Below are positions 45,696-46,375 of a stretch of 46,375 nt of DNA, piece after piece. Below the pieces are notes generated by a model. It did not search any database, was not told where the DNA came from, and was given only the letters and a program-made list of their open reading frames with translations. The translations under genes were made by a program, and so were the position numbers. The stretch's first letter is position 1, and the number at the start of each line of letters is the position of its first letter. The DNA comes from Escherichia phage N15: the sequence record NC_001901.1; one strand, given 5' to 3'.

Positions 45696-46319
45696 ATGTC
45701 AGAATCTGTAAGCATCAGTCATGTAGCAACGATGTCTAAACCGTTTGGTGTAAACGTCGAATGGAAATGGCCAAATGGCAGCAGCTGGTTTTCCAAGTTG
45801 GAACTGCAATGCCTCCGCGAAGACGGGCGGCTAGTGAAAGAGTGCATATATTATCCGAATACTAGCCATCTTATTTCCGGTCTTAAATGTGGTGAGCGCG
45901 TGCAGGTACGGGTGCGCATCGTTGCAGTGAACGGTTCTACCCGAGACTGGCAGGTTAGTGACTGGATTCAAGGCGAATCATCTGTTGATGCTGGCGATAT
46001 CGTCCAGTGGTTGGAAGACGAAATCCGGAACAGCGAGACGTTTAAAGTATTTCGCGGCCAGTGCTTTATTAACGAAGGAAAGATTGGCAATGGCATCGTT
46101 TCTACGAACTATAACGTGAAGTTGAACATGAGCGACACTGCCAAGCAGCATGGATGTGGATTGTTCGTTGGTATCGATGTGCAGAAGGGCAAGGCGTCAG
46201 GGGCTGAAGGGAAAACATCTGAGCTTAAAAAAGAGATCGACGAATGGATTACAGAGACGATCCATCTGCATTGCCGCCCAGGTGGCATTATCTGGCAGGC
46301 TACAAGGCGCAATCGATAA
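45696..46319 (+). CDS. hypothetical protein with FN3-like segment and tape-measure-like C-terminal motif
   Basis: RBS AAAGGA before ATG 45696; C-terminus PGGIIWQATRRNR resembles tape measure C-terminus PGGLIWNATNRR. Confidence 0.5.
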   Translation: MSESVSISHVATMSKPFGVNVEWKWPNGSSWFSKLELQCLREDGRLVKECIYYPNTSHLISGLKCGERVQVRVRIVAVNGSTRDWQVSDWIQGESSVDAGDIVQWLEDEIRNSETFKVFRGQCFINEGKIGNGIVSTNYNVKLNMSDTAKQHGCGLFVGIDVQKGKASGAEGKTSELKKEIDEWITETIHLHCRPGGIIWQATRRNR

Positions 46320-46363
46320 CTATTATCGTTTACGGGTCCTTTCCGGCAATCCGCCCTGTTACG

Positions 46364-46375
46364 GGGCGGCGTCCG
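46364..46375. other. cos right end; 12 nt identical to window start
   Basis: gggcggcgtccg at both termini. Confidence 0.8.

Noticed and set aside
1-46375. Integrase / attP, CRISPR array, transposase or insertion sequence
   Set aside because: I found no tyrosine or serine integrase-like ORF (the only recombinase-like protein is the protelomerase), no regularly spaced repeat-spacer array, and no inverted-repeat-bounded transposase gene. Absence of an integrase fits the plasmid-prophage lifestyle.

Overview
The window reads as a complete, cos-ended virion genome of an N15-type temperate siphovirus, one that lysogenises as a linear plasmid with hairpin telomeres rather than by integration. I believe it is coliphage N15 itself or a near-identical relative; this rests on recognising the protelomerase sequence and the 56-bp telRL palindrome from memory, not on a database search. 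Both termini carry the same 12 nt (gggcggcgtccg), the cohesive-end signature. Layout: 1-21.5 kb is a lambda-like late morphogenesis block on the + strand (terminase small/large, W, portal, C protease with nested scaffold, D, E, FI, FII, Z, U, V, G-T, tape measure, M, L, K, I, J, a Cor-like lipoprotein moron, side tail fibre). 21.6-24.4 kb holds a LexA-boxed UmuD'-like gene and an F-type sopAB partition operon. 24.8-26.9 kb holds telRL and telN. 27-34.7 kb (- strand) holds a Bro-N antirepressor operon preceded by a promoter-plus-terminator small-RNA unit, a 1324-aa RepA primase-helicase with four small downstream genes, and the CI-like repressor cB. 34.8-46.3 kb (+ strand) holds cro, a Q-like gene, a DnaQ-like exonuclease, hypotheticals, a second LexA-boxed small gene, a HigB/RelE-type toxin-antitoxin pair (- strand), an N6-adenine methyltransferase, a holin/SAR-endolysin/Rz/Rz1 lysis cassette, a DUF4406-like gene, a C5-cytosine methyltransferase-like gene and a terminal ORF. 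No tRNA, CRISPR array, integrase or transposase was seen. Nearly everything maps onto described N15 or lambdoid biology, so I do not claim a novel system. The parts I could not tie to described biology and that most merit follow-up are the toxin-antitoxin pair, a 14-bp motif shared by two regulatory regions, the terminal ORF sharing a C-terminal motif with the tape measure, and the DUF4406/C5-methyltransferase pair. All homology statements are from visual comparison with remembered sequences and motifs.
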